Part shown: positions 48,440 through 58,559 of the stretch, one piece after another | Position numbering within the stretch: the first letter of the stretch is position 1 | How the letters are laid out: every line of letters begins with the position of its first letter | Assembly: GCA_029260855.1 (NCBI GenBank) | Contig: JAJDCK010000004.1 | Coordinates: 18,312 to 82,311, forward strand | Direction: 5' to 3' | DNA from: Candidatus Saccharimonadota bacterium | GTDB lineage: Bacteria > Patescibacteriota > Saccharimonadia > Saccharimonadales > OFTM59 | DNA: 64,000 nucleotides | Program-made: the position numbers and the translations under genes | The notes under the pieces: generated by a model | What the model was told of the DNA's origin: nothing | What the model saw: only the letters and a program-made list of their open reading frames with translations | The model's database searches: none

Positions 48440-50935
48440 ATGATGCCACAATCATCAGAATTTCAAGAATTTTTGAATCATTTGACAAGCAATGCCTTGC
48501 AGAGTCTAAAACATGCGGACTCTATTGCACGAAGCTTTGGTAGTGCTTACGTGGGTACAGAACACCTACTGCTTGGCGTCCTTGCTCAAGACTCTAGCAT
48601 AGGCGCAAAGATGCTTGAGGGGATTGGCGTCACGCTGGATCGTGCGCGTTTGGCGCTAAACCTGACACCTAAAACGCTAGTTATTAATATGGGCGCAAAA
48701 GGGTTAAGCGAAACAGCTAAACTTACTCTTAATATGGCCTATGATATTGCTCAAGATTTTAGTCAGGAGTTCTGCGGTACTGAACACATCCTTTACAGTA
48801 TATTAAAGCAAAAGAACGCTAGGGCAACAGTACTATTGCGGGATATGAACGTGCCGTTAGACAATCTTCTGGGCGAGCTCGAACAGTTCTTGAACCGTCA
48901 GCAGTATGAGGATGAGGGCGAGCGAACCTCGGACAGCGTCCTTAGGAGTAAGAAGCAGCGCAAGACCGCACTCGACTTTTTCGGAACTGATTTAACCGCC
49001 CAAGCTAGAAGAGGAGAGCTTGATCCTGTCGTCGGCCGAGATGCTCAGATTAGGAGAGTGATTACGATACTAAATAGACGTACAAAAAATAACCCGGTAC
49101 TTATCGGAGAGCCAGGTGTCGGAAAAACAGCGATTGTAGAGGGCTTAGCTCAGCGCATTATCACAGAAGATGTGCCTGACAGCCTGTTAGAAAAAAGAAT
49201 TGTAATGTTGGACCTGGCTGGCATGATAGCTGGGACCAAATACCGAGGTGAATTCGAAGAACGCTTGAAGAAAGTAATGACCGAACTAAAAAATGACAAT
49301 AAAACCATAATTTTTATTGACGAGCTACATTTAATCGTTGGTGCCGGGGCTGCTGAGGGAGCGATGGATGCCGGGAATATTCTAAAACCAGCTCTAGCAC
49401 GCGGAAAGATACAGCTAATAGGTGCAACCACTACGGACGAATATACGAAGCATGTTGAAAAAGACGCAGCACTCGAAAGACGATTCCAGCCAATTCAGGT
49501 TCCCGAAACCACACCAGGAGAGACTCTTGCCATACTGAAGGGTTTACGAAGACATTATGAAGAGTTTCACGGAGTTGAAGCTGCTGATGAGGTCTTGGAA
49601 GACACCGTTAATTTCGCGAAACGCTATATCAATGACAGATTTATGCCCGACAAGGCTATTGACTTGCTTGACGAAACCTCAGCCCATCTCCGTGTTGACA
49701 AGGGTAAAACGCCACCCGAATTACGAAAGCTTCAAAAGGAGCTCAAACTTTGCAATGTTCGTAAAGAAGAAGCTGCTGAAATTGGCGACTATGAAAAAGC
49801 AGCCAGCTATAAACAGCGGGCCATACAAATCGGCGAAGAGATAAAGACGCTGCAGGCAAGCGGTAAAGTTGCTAATAAATTAATTATGACAAGTGACGAT
49901 ATAGCTGAGGTTGTTGCGCGCATGACGGGTGTGCCGGTAAAGAAGGTGATCAAGTCTGAGGCGAAATATCTGTTGAGCTTGGAGAAGAACCTTAGCAAGC
50001 ACGTAATAGGTCAAGAAGAGGCTGTTCATGCAGTCGCCCGAGCGGTACGTCGCAACCGTGTCGGCATAAGCGCAGGCACAAGGCCGATCGGTTCCTTTAT
50101 ATTCCTCGGGCCTACGGGCGTCGGGAAGACCGAGCTCGCACGAGTACTTGCGCGTGAATTCTTTGGTGGGGAAGAAGCGCTAGTAAAAATAGATATGAGT
50201 GAGTTTGGTGAGCGGCATTCTGCGGCCCGACTTGTAGGTGCTCCAGCTGGCTATGTTGGTTATGATGAAGGCGGGCAACTAACTGACAAGATTAGGCGCC
50301 AGCCGTATAGTCTTGTGCTGTTTGATGAAATAGAAAAAGCTCACCCCGAGGTTTTCAATATGCTGCTACAAATTCTTGAAGACGGTGCATTGACAGACGC
50401 TAAAGGGCGCAAGATAGATTTTACAAATACAATCGTCATTATGACAAGTAACATCGGTGCTGAAAAGTTACAGAAAGAGGCCAGCCTCGGTTTTCATGCG
50501 ACCAATGATGGAGAGTTGAGAGATCTTGATGCTTTGCATGCTGCAAACAAAAGCAAGGTACATGATGAATTAAAACAACTAATGCGTCCTGAGTTAATCA
50601 ATCGCATTGATAAGACAATCGTATTCCGGGCTCTAACCCGTAAGGACGTTATGAGAATCCTGGACCTGCAAATTGACCAGCTAAGAAAGCGACTTATTAA
50701 GCACGGTCTTGGCATAAAAGTTCACTTGTCTGCAAAACGTTACTTGTTAAAGCACGGATATGATGCGCATAACGGTGTAAGGCCAATGCGTCGGCAAATA
50801 CAAGACACAATTGAAGATCATGTTGCAAGCGCACTGCTAAAAGAAAACTATGCAAGCGGCGTCATAGTAAATGTTAGCGCCAGTAAGGGCGAGCTAGTCT
50901 ACGAGCCTGTCACAGAATCGGTTAATGCCTCATAG
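48440..50935 (+). CDS. clpC: ATP-dependent Clp protease ATP-binding subunit ClpC
   Basis: Tandem Clp_N repeats, two AAA+ modules ([15 protein letters not shown]; [15 protein letters not shown]), UVR-type middle domain, 831 aa. Confidence 0.85.
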   Translation: MMPQSSEFQEFLNHLTSNALQSLKHADSIARSFGSAYVGTEHLLLGVLAQDSSIGAKMLEGIGVTLDRARLALNLTPKTLVINMGAKGLSETAKLTLNMAYDIAQDFSQEFCGTEHILYSILKQKNARATVLLRDMNVPLDNLLGELEQFLNRQQYEDEGERTSDSVLRSKKQRKTALDFFGTDLTAQARRGELDPVVGRDAQIRRVITILNRRTKNNPVLIGEPGVGKTAIVEGLAQRIITEDVPDSLLEKRIVMLDLAGMIAGTKYRGEFEERLKKVMTELKNDNKTIIFIDELHLIVGAGAAEGAMDAGNILKPALARGKIQLIGATTTDEYTKHVEKDAALERRFQPIQVPETTPGETLAILKGLRRHYEEFHGVEAADEVLEDTVNFAKRYINDRFMPDKAIDLLDETSAHLRVDKGKTPPELRKLQKELKLCNVRKEEAAEIGDYEKAASYKQRAIQIGEEIKTLQASGKVANKLIMTSDDIAEVVARMTGVPVKKVIKSEAKYLLSLEKNLSKHVIGQEEAVHAVARAVRRNRVGISAGTRPIGSFIFLGPTGVGKTELARVLAREFFGGEEALVKIDMSEFGERHSAARLVGAPAGYVGYDEGGQLTDKIRRQPYSLVLFDEIEKAHPEVFNMLLQILEDGALTDAKGRKIDFTNTIVIMTSNIGAEKLQKEASLGFHATNDGELRDLDALHAANKSKVHDELKQLMRPELINRIDKTIVFRALTRKDVMRILDLQIDQLRKRLIKHGLGIKVHLSAKRYLLKHGYDAHNGVRPMRRQIQDTIEDHVASALLKENYASGVIVNVSASKGELVYEPVTESVNAS

Positions 50936-51036
50936 CCGTATGCGCTAGAGTCATCTGGAGCAATCTTTTGCAAGGTGCTTCGTTGCCCGCATCTTATCCT
51001 GTATATGACAACGGCTGGCTATGATAGACTGACATT

Positions 51037-51999
51037 ATGCACGCGCTACGGCGAATAATAAAAACAACGCTTTTAGCGGCCATTATCGTAATGCCGTTTG
51101 TTGTGTTGTGGCAACATAGGAATATCACAGACTGGCTGCGCCTAAGAAATTATACCCCCCCTTCTCGCATTGCTGAACTTGCCCAGCACACACAAATGAC
51201 CGATGAAGCACGAAAGTTATTCTATGTTCATGCACCCGAGCTGAATGATAGGAGAGCGTTTAATCTCAATTGCGCAGGATTTGAGCAAACTATAGTCCTC
51301 GGTTGTTACATTACCCATAAGTCAATATTTATTTTTGATGTAGAAGATTCGCGGCTTGAAGGCATAGAAGAGGTAACTTCAGCGCATGAGACGCTTCATG
51401 CGGCGTATGACAGGCTTAGTGCAGCCGAAAAACAGAATGTTGACCGCATGACAAAAAACGCATTTGACGGTATCAAGAACGAGCGTATAAAGCAGGTTGT
51501 AAGGTCTTACGAAGAGCGTGACTCCACGGTTGTAAGTAATGAACTGCACTCCATACTCGCTACAGAAGTGCGGGAATTACCGGCGGATCTAGAGGCGTAC
51601 TATCGGCGATACTTTACTAATAGGCAGGCAGTAGTGGCGTTTTCCGAACAATATGAATCAGTGTTTACAGAAAAACAGAATCGTATTAAGTTTCTCAGCG
51701 AACAAATTGAGGTAATAGAAAATGAGCTCAGACAACAGAAAACAACGATTGATGAGTACGAAAATATTTTAAGCAACGATGCCGAACAATTAAGCGCCCT
51801 AAGGCAGGAAGGTAAGATTGAAGAATATAATAGTAGGGTAGGCCCCTATAATAATCGTGTCGGGCAGTATCGCACTTTGATCGCTGCTTATAATGTGAAG
51901 GTTCAAAAGATGAACCAAATAGTCGAAGAGCATAATTCGCTTGCTGTGGAGCAAAAAGAGCTTATCAACGCCATCGACAGCCATCAACCTTCGCTTTAA
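51037..51999 (+). CDS. hypothetical membrane-anchored protein with HExxH motif and coiled coil
   Basis: N-terminal TM (LLAAIIVMPFVVLW), SAHETLHAAYD (HExxH) at about residue 120, then a long coiled-coil region with short repeats YNSRVGPYNNRVGQY. Confidence 0.35.
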   Translation: MHALRRIIKTTLLAAIIVMPFVVLWQHRNITDWLRLRNYTPPSRIAELAQHTQMTDEARKLFYVHAPELNDRRAFNLNCAGFEQTIVLGCYITHKSIFIFDVEDSRLEGIEEVTSAHETLHAAYDRLSAAEKQNVDRMTKNAFDGIKNERIKQVVRSYEERDSTVVSNELHSILATEVRELPADLEAYYRRYFTNRQAVVAFSEQYESVFTEKQNRIKFLSEQIEVIENELRQQKTTIDEYENILSNDAEQLSALRQEGKIEEYNSRVGPYNNRVGQYRTLIAAYNVKVQKMNQIVEEHNSLAVEQKELINAIDSHQPSL

Positions 52000-52058
52000 C
52001 CCAGATGAATACTTGGCCACCTAGTGCTTCATTAAGTAAATGTGTGTAAACTTGCTGT

Positions 52059-53402
52059 ATGGCTAAAAGGGACACAGTACGATACGTTTGCACAAACTGC
52101 GGAGCAGAGCACAACACATGGGGCGGTCGTTGTCATGTATGTGGACAGTGGAACACCTTAGAGCAGCAACTCATTATCAAGCAGGGAAAATTAAAAAGTG
52201 GCGGAACGATTCTTCAGGTAGAAGACGTAACGAGCTCTATTAAGCGTGATCATAAAAGGCTGGCTAGTAATATTGCGGAAATTGATGATGTGCTTGGTGG
52301 AGGGTTAGTTTCCGGCAGTGTTAATCTGATTGCCGGCCAGCCGGGTATTGGCAAGAGTACGCTGCTGTTACAGGTTGCATATAATTTAGCAAAAGCACAT
52401 AGGGTTCTCTACGTTAGTGGCGAAGAGTCATCGCATCAGATCGGGATAAGAGCGGAAAGATTAGGGGCTAGCACCCAGGGGCTTCAACTTGCAACCAGCA
52501 CTGTAGCAGACGATATAGCTACCACGATTGCCAGCGGAAAATACGAAGCAGTTATCGTTGACTCCATACAAACACTGAGCTGCAAAGATATAGCCTCAGC
52601 TGCCGGTACAGTCAGCCAGATAACAAACAGTACGCAATTGCTTACGGCAGCTGCTAAGCAAACCGATACGTCACTCATTTTAGTTGGGCACGTAACCAAA
52701 GAAGGCTCAATTGCGGGCCCGAAAGTTTTAGAGCATGTTGTTGATGTTGTTTTGCAGCTGGAAGGTGATCGTTATGGCGGGTTTAAGGTGCTTAGAGCAA
52801 TCAAGAATCGTTATGGGACTACAAATGAAGCTGGCATTTTTGAAATGACCGACAAGGGTCTGCAGTCGGTGGACAACCCTTCTGCGGCTTTGCTTGCTGA
52901 AAGGCAGATTACTGACGGTTCAGTCGTGCTTGCAACCATAGAAGGTACCCGCCCATTACTAGTAGAGGTCCAGGCACTAGTAAATCGCACAAGTTATGGC
53001 TACCCCAAGCGTACAGCTAGCGGAATAGATTTAAATAGACTTAACCTGCTTGTGGCTATGCTAGAAAAGCGCACCAAACTAAACCTGGCCGATCAAGACA
53101 TCTATATAAATATCGTTGGTGGTATACGTCTAAGTGAGCCAGCTGCTGATTTGGCTATTTGCATGGCAATAGGTTCTGCAGCTAAGGGTTTGCAGCTTAA
53201 GAAAAACGCAGTAGTTTTTGGCGAAGTAGGTCTAAGCGGAGAGGTACGTCACGTTCCATTTGTAGAAAAACGTGTTGCAGAAGCAAAAAAACTTGGTTTT
53301 GAAGTATGTATTGGCCCGCAATTGAAAAACAGAAAACTCACAAAATATCTGGCAGTTTCAGACATACGCATCGCGCTGAATTCAGTATTAGAAGGTAAGT
53401 AA
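52059..53402 (+). CDS. radA: DNA repair protein RadA/Sms
   Basis: N-terminal zinc finger CTNCGAEHNTWGGRCHVCGQWNT, Walker A GQPGIGKSTLLLQ, KNRYG motif, Lon-like C-terminus. Confidence 0.9.
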   Translation: MAKRDTVRYVCTNCGAEHNTWGGRCHVCGQWNTLEQQLIIKQGKLKSGGTILQVEDVTSSIKRDHKRLASNIAEIDDVLGGGLVSGSVNLIAGQPGIGKSTLLLQVAYNLAKAHRVLYVSGEESSHQIGIRAERLGASTQGLQLATSTVADDIATTIASGKYEAVIVDSIQTLSCKDIASAAGTVSQITNSTQLLTAAAKQTDTSLILVGHVTKEGSIAGPKVLEHVVDVVLQLEGDRYGGFKVLRAIKNRYGTTNEAGIFEMTDKGLQSVDNPSAALLAERQITDGSVVLATIEGTRPLLVEVQALVNRTSYGYPKRTASGIDLNRLNLLVAMLEKRTKLNLADQDIYINIVGGIRLSEPAADLAICMAIGSAAKGLQLKKNAVVFGEVGLSGEVRHVPFVEKRVAEAKKLGFEVCIGPQLKNRKLTKYLAVSDIRIALNSVLEGK

Positions 53403-53414
53403 GCTAACAACTTT

Positions 53415-56400
53415 TTAATTAGTAACTACTACTGTATTAGACTGGCTTCCATCCTCATCTTTAGCATATACGGGTGTCCCTACGGGTGCATTTGTGAGTA
53501 GTGTTGTACAGCTTGAGCCCGAAGAACTACAAAGGACAGCGTTAGTAGTAGCGTTATAAACAGTTACAGTCCCGTCTCCGTCAGACCAGTTAAAGCGCGT
53601 ATTTGCACCCTGGCGCTTGGCTGACTCAAAAACCGGAGTTTCATTATCGGTATCATCATTATTCGGGCTTACTGCGGTTATCGTGGCACTATCCTGAGCA
53701 TCATAAAGCACGCTGTCTATGACTTCTGCGGTGATTGTTTTAGCCCCTACAAAGTCAGGCGTATAGGTAAATGCAGCAACTGGTCCGTTTCCGGTTACAT
53801 TAAAGGAGCGTATGATTTGCCCGTCAACTATGAAGTTGACTGTGCCCGGAAATTTATCGCTAGATAAAGGATGAGTCCCAGCAACCACAGTTGCGCCTAT
53901 AAGATAACTGCTCCCTTGAGGTACGGCGCTGATAGAGATGCTTGGCTTGACATCACTACATTGATGTATATCATCTGTTCCTTCGGATGTGCCACTACCT
54001 CCAACGAATTTGTCTCCCGAAAATGCGGCTGCTCCTCCACCGGTTACTTCTTCTCGGGCACGAGCAGGGGTACAGTCGGTCGCAAGCTTATTTGAAACCT
54101 TGTCTATAGTCTGCTTCTTAGCTGCCACCTTCTTCTTGTACCAAGAAGGGTATAAGTCAGTAGCTGGACTTGGCTCTACGGAGCCCACACCAACATGCGT
54201 ACGAACAACAAACGCCGGCAAGACCTGAATCCCTGGGGGCCTTACGCGTTCTTCGGGTTTTAAACTGTCGTGTGCGCCTTGCATCCACCCTTGCAAGATT
54301 GGTTGTGTCATGTTCTCCATAAATCCTCGCATAGCAACCTGTCCGTTATGGTAGCCAACCCAAACGCCTGCTGCATAATGTGTTGAAAAGCCCATCATCC
54401 AGCCGTCTTTAGAGTCGTTGGTTGTACCGGTCTTATAGGATAGCTTGTGGCCCTTGTAGTTGTGTGGCTTGCGACTCAGATAACTAGCATTAGGGTCTGA
54501 CAGCATGTCGGCGACTATATAAGCTGATTCATCACGTATAACTTGTTCGCCAGCCTTCGGCTCCCACTTCTCCACGACATTGTCAGAGCCATCCTTGATC
54601 TCCAGGATGTATGTTTGGTCAAGACGATTGCCGTTACGCGAAATAGTTGCATAGCCATGCACGTGTTCGTCTAGCTGTAGATACGCCCCGTCACCGATTG
54701 CTGAAGAGGCATAACAAGGGGCTTCTTTGGTTAAGGTGATATCACCCTTCTGATAACACTTATAGCCATGATCTTCTGCGCCCATAAGTTTGTTGGCTGT
54801 TTCTATGGTTTTATCGATACCAGCTGTTAACATGGCTTTTACTGCCGGAATGTTACGAGAACCACCAAGCGCATAACGCAACGTTAGCGGCCCTGGCTCG
54901 CGGAAGTCATAGTTTTGAAGACAGTCCCCTGGCGGCGAAGTACGAGAGCGGTTGGTGCACGCATACCCTTCCAGTGGACCGAGGGTGTCGTAGAGCACCG
55001 AACCAGCACCAAACTGATCGGTATGCTCAATCAACGAAATATAATCATATGGTTTGATACTGGATCCAGGAGGGAGCTTGGCCCGCGCGTAGTTATTCTC
55101 TCCAAAGTCTAGATTACTAAAGTCTGACCCGCCGACTAGTGCAACTACTTGGCCAGTCTTTACGTCTTCGGCAACAAAAGCTGCTGTGTCCCCGCCTTGC
55201 CGTATAACTTGTGCCATGCCTTTTTGGACTTGTTCCTCGGCGAGCTTTTGTAAGTTCATATCTAGTGTGGTGGTTACTTTCCAGCCACCACAAGTAACAG
55301 TCTCCTTGCAACGTTCTTGTAGATGCTCTTTAGCCGCCAGTACAAACCAAGGAGCTTTTATGCCGTCATGCTTTTTCCTTCGTGGCTGTACCTTGGCTAC
55401 AGTGTCAATCCCCTTAGCTTCATCGCGCTGCTCGCCAGTAATCATGTTTTGCTTCTCCATTTGGTCTAATATGTAGTGCATACGACCTACAAGCGCTTCT
55501 TGGTTAAAACGAGCTCCGTTTGGAGAATAAAATGTGGGCGACTTAGGCATTGCAGCAAGGAAGGCCGCTTCGTCTAGGGTTAAATCTCTTGCCGGCTTAT
55601 TGAAATAATCCTGTGTAGCGGCCTCCACACCATACGTTATATCTCCGTACGGAGCGGTATCAAGGTATCCATGCAGTATCTCTTGCTTGCTATAGGTGCG
55701 CTCAAGTTCAACAGATAAAATAAGCTCTTTGACTTTGCGCGTGTAAGTTCGTTCATTAGTCCAGTTTTGTGTTAACTTAACTAGTTGCTGAGTGATAGTT
55801 GAGCCTCCCTGTGTGGAGCCTTCACGATCTAGTATGTTGTTAAAAGCCGCTCGGCTGATTCCTCTCACGTCAAAGCCGCCATGGCTAAAGAAGTCTTGAT
55901 CCTCAATAGCTATAGTTGCATCCTTCATAAACTGTGAAGCGTCACCGTGGACTGGTATCCGTTTCACCGCATCATAATCTTCCCACAGTAATGTCTGGTT
56001 TGTCTTGTCATAGTAGCGGATGCTGCCACCAATATTGCTTCCCGATATGTCGCGTAAGTTTGGCAAATCTTTTCTAAAGTATGCAAACAGCCCAACCAGT
56101 ATTAAGAACCCTGACACAATCCCTATGCCCGTGATCTTCAGCGCCATTAGCGCGCCCTCGCGGCTGAACCAGTATTTATAAAGACGCTTCGGGTGCATAC
56201 GGTAAATTATCCGCTTGAAACGACTCTTAGGCATCCCAGCCATCCTAAGTGCTCGCCTACGGGCGCTTGAGTCGCGCCGAGCATGCAATTTTTCTACGAT
56301 ATTGCGATGAACCTTTATGGTCTGCCCGGATCTGGTTGTGAACGTGCTTTTGGACTTGCGAGCACCGGAGCGCGCACGATTAGAGCGAGTGATTCGTGAC

Positions 56401-56417
56401 TTATTGCTGTTTCCCAT
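53415..56417 (-). CDS. class A penicillin-binding protein (PBP1A-type transglycosylase/transpeptidase) with N- and C-terminal extensions
   Basis: GT51 motifs EDQDFFSHGG, GGSTITQQL; transpeptidase SxxK (SSIKP), KTGT. About 95-aa basic cytoplasmic N-tail before the TM and about 250-aa Thr/Gly/Val-rich C-terminal extension. Confidence 0.85.
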   Translation of the reverse strand: MGNSNKSRITRSNRARSGARKSKSTFTTRSGQTIKVHRNIVEKLHARRDSSARRRALRMAGMPKSRFKRIIYRMHPKRLYKYWFSREGALMALKITGIGIVSGFLILVGLFAYFRKDLPNLRDISGSNIGGSIRYYDKTNQTLLWEDYDAVKRIPVHGDASQFMKDATIAIEDQDFFSHGGFDVRGISRAAFNNILDREGSTQGGSTITQQLVKLTQNWTNERTYTRKVKELILSVELERTYSKQEILHGYLDTAPYGDITYGVEAATQDYFNKPARDLTLDEAAFLAAMPKSPTFYSPNGARFNQEALVGRMHYILDQMEKQNMITGEQRDEAKGIDTVAKVQPRRKKHDGIKAPWFVLAAKEHLQERCKETVTCGGWKVTTTLDMNLQKLAEEQVQKGMAQVIRQGGDTAAFVAEDVKTGQVVALVGGSDFSNLDFGENNYARAKLPPGSSIKPYDYISLIEHTDQFGAGSVLYDTLGPLEGYACTNRSRTSPPGDCLQNYDFREPGPLTLRYALGGSRNIPAVKAMLTAGIDKTIETANKLMGAEDHGYKCYQKGDITLTKEAPCYASSAIGDGAYLQLDEHVHGYATISRNGNRLDQTYILEIKDGSDNVVEKWEPKAGEQVIRDESAYIVADMLSDPNASYLSRKPHNYKGHKLSYKTGTTNDSKDGWMMGFSTHYAAGVWVGYHNGQVAMRGFMENMTQPILQGWMQGAHDSLKPEERVRPPGIQVLPAFVVRTHVGVGSVEPSPATDLYPSWYKKKVAAKKQTIDKVSNKLATDCTPARAREEVTGGGAAAFSGDKFVGGSGTSEGTDDIHQCSDVKPSISISAVPQGSSYLIGATVVAGTHPLSSDKFPGTVNFIVDGQIIRSFNVTGNGPVAAFTYTPDFVGAKTITAEVIDSVLYDAQDSATITAVSPNNDDTDNETPVFESAKRQGANTRFNWSDGDGTVTVYNATTNAVLCSSSGSSCTTLLTNAPVGTPVYAKDEDGSQSNTVVVTN

Positions 56418-56507
56418 AGATTCACCCTATTATATCAAACTTATGCCTTAAGCAAGAGTTATGTGTGCTGATTTACAGGAGTTGGTATAGTATATTACAG
56501 TAAAACT

Positions 56508-57755
56508 ATGAAATTATCTGACGAACTCACCTGGCGCGGCTTTGTTAACCAGACGACGCTCAAAAATATCAAGGAGCTTGATAATGCTTCCCTGACTTTT
56601 TACTGGGGCGTGGACCCTAGCGCTCCTTCTATGACTATTGGTCATCTTGCGATGGCCATGATGGTTCGGCATTTTGTCTCGCATGGCCACAAGGCGGTGC
56701 TTCTGGTGGGCGGAGCAACAGGCATGATCGGTGACCCAGATGGTAAAAACGAAGAGCGTACGCTGAAAACAACTGAGGAAATAAATGACAACAAAAAAGC
56801 CATCGCACTACAGTATGAACAAGTTTTTGGCGGACTAGAGTTTAAGCTTGTTGATAATTACGAATGGTTTAAGGGCCTGGACTATTTACGATTTTTGAGA
56901 GAAATCGGGAAGCATGTGCCGATGAGGCAAATGCTGGGTCGCGAATTTGTCCAAGAGCGACTAAAAGATAATGGCGGCGGTATAAGCTACGCCGAGTTCA
57001 GCTATTCATTAATACAGGGTTACGATTTCTTACACCTGTTTCGGGAAATGGGAGTTACGCTCCAGGTTGCTGGGTCAGACCAGTGGGGCAATAGTATTGC
57101 TGGTGTTGATTTGATTCGCCGCATGACTGGTAAGCAAGCACATGTCTGGACTGCGCCACTTATCATTAACAAGCTGACCGGCAAAAAGTTCGGCAAGAGT
57201 GAAGAAGGTGCGCTTTGGCTGGATCCTGAGCTGACTAGCCCCTTTAAGTTCTATCAATTTTGGCTCAACGTGGATGACGCAGGAGTTGAGGATTACCTTA
57301 AGATTTATACGACGCTGACACAGAGCGAAGTTCAATCAATCATGAATAGGTTTAAATCGAATCCAGGAGAGCGACTCGCACAAAAAAGCTTGGCCTATGA
57401 AGCAACTAAGATAACTCACGGTTTAGAGCAGGCTGAAACACAAAGTAAAATTAGTGTGAGTTTGTTTAGCCGAAACTTCCAAGGTTTTTCGGCTAGTGAT
57501 TTTAAGCTGCTTGAAAGAGAGCTTCCTTTTATGGAAGTGGGCGAGGGAATAGTCATTACCGAAGTTCTGGTGGAGACGGGGCTAGCCAGCAGCAAGTCTG
57601 ACGCGCGTCAGCTGATAAGCGACGGGGCCATTACAAGTAGTCAGCGTGTTGATTTAACTTCAAGCGAAACAGTCCTACAGAAGAAAGATAGTCTTAACGG
57701 CTATATCGTGATTTTCAAAGGAAAGAAGTACCCGGCCTTAATTAAGGTTAAATAG
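56508..57755 (+). CDS. tyrS: tyrosine--tRNA ligase
   Basis: HIGH-region equivalent GVDPSAPSMTIGHL, KMSKS-equivalent KFGKS, C-terminal S4-like domain. Confidence 0.85.
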   Translation: MKLSDELTWRGFVNQTTLKNIKELDNASLTFYWGVDPSAPSMTIGHLAMAMMVRHFVSHGHKAVLLVGGATGMIGDPDGKNEERTLKTTEEINDNKKAIALQYEQVFGGLEFKLVDNYEWFKGLDYLRFLREIGKHVPMRQMLGREFVQERLKDNGGGISYAEFSYSLIQGYDFLHLFREMGVTLQVAGSDQWGNSIAGVDLIRRMTGKQAHVWTAPLIINKLTGKKFGKSEEGALWLDPELTSPFKFYQFWLNVDDAGVEDYLKIYTTLTQSEVQSIMNRFKSNPGERLAQKSLAYEATKITHGLEQAETQSKISVSLFSRNFQGFSASDFKLLERELPFMEVGEGIVITEVLVETGLASSKSDARQLISDGAITSSQRVDLTSSETVLQKKDSLNGYIVIFKGKKYPALIKVK

Positions 57756-57773
57756 TGTATACTTGTCCGAGTT

Positions 57774-58541
57774 ATGGCAAAAAATAAGCGCAAAAAAGCA
57801 GACCAATACGACAATGATAATTATAATTATCTGCACTATTGGACTGGCCGCGCATACGAACACGCTGCAGAAGAACTAGCAATTAAGCGATTGCTAAAGG
57901 GTAAGCATTTTAATTATGCGGTAGATATAGGCGGTGGATATGGGCGTTTGTGTGTGCTGCTACAAAACTACGCTGACAAAGTAACTCTAGCCGAACCGTC
58001 CCAGGCCCAACTTGATATTGCCGCTGCTTATCTTAAAAAATATCCGCGAATTGAGCTGAAAAAAATGCAGGCTGATGACCTGAAATTCAAAGATGGCAGT
58101 GTGGATCTAATAACAATGATCCGTGTAATGCACCATTTGCCAGACCCCACACAAGAGTTTTCAGAACTGTCGCGCGTGCTTTCTGATAAAGGATATATTG
58201 TTCTTGAGATGGCTAATTATGCGCATGCCCGTAACCGTGTTAAGTATTTATTAAAAGGCAGGGCACTTCCAAAGCAGCCCATAGACATTCGTTCTGCCGA
58301 AAATCGCCGGGCTGAAGAAATAGCTTTTGTTAACCATAACCCCAAAACTGTAGTTAAGCAGCTGGCACACGCCGGCTTAAAAGTTGACCGCGTATTATCA
58401 GTCTCTAACCTGCGCTCACAAGGGCTTAAAAAGATTTTGCCACGCGCTCTAATGCTGGCAGCCGAACAGGTGCTTCAGCCTACTTTGGCTAAAACTTATT
58501 TCGGTCCCAGCGTGTTCTTTCTGGTCCGCAAAGCCAAATAA
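57774..58541 (+). CDS. class I SAM-dependent methyltransferase
   Basis: Motif I VDIGGGYGRL and the methyltransferase type 11 pattern. Confidence 0.6.
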   Translation: MAKNKRKKADQYDNDNYNYLHYWTGRAYEHAAEELAIKRLLKGKHFNYAVDIGGGYGRLCVLLQNYADKVTLAEPSQAQLDIAAAYLKKYPRIELKKMQADDLKFKDGSVDLITMIRVMHHLPDPTQEFSELSRVLSDKGYIVLEMANYAHARNRVKYLLKGRALPKQPIDIRSAENRRAEEIAFVNHNPKTVVKQLAHAGLKVDRVLSVSNLRSQGLKKILPRALMLAAEQVLQPTLAKTYFGPSVFFLVRKAK

Positions 58542-58559
58542 TTCTATACTTGCCTCACT

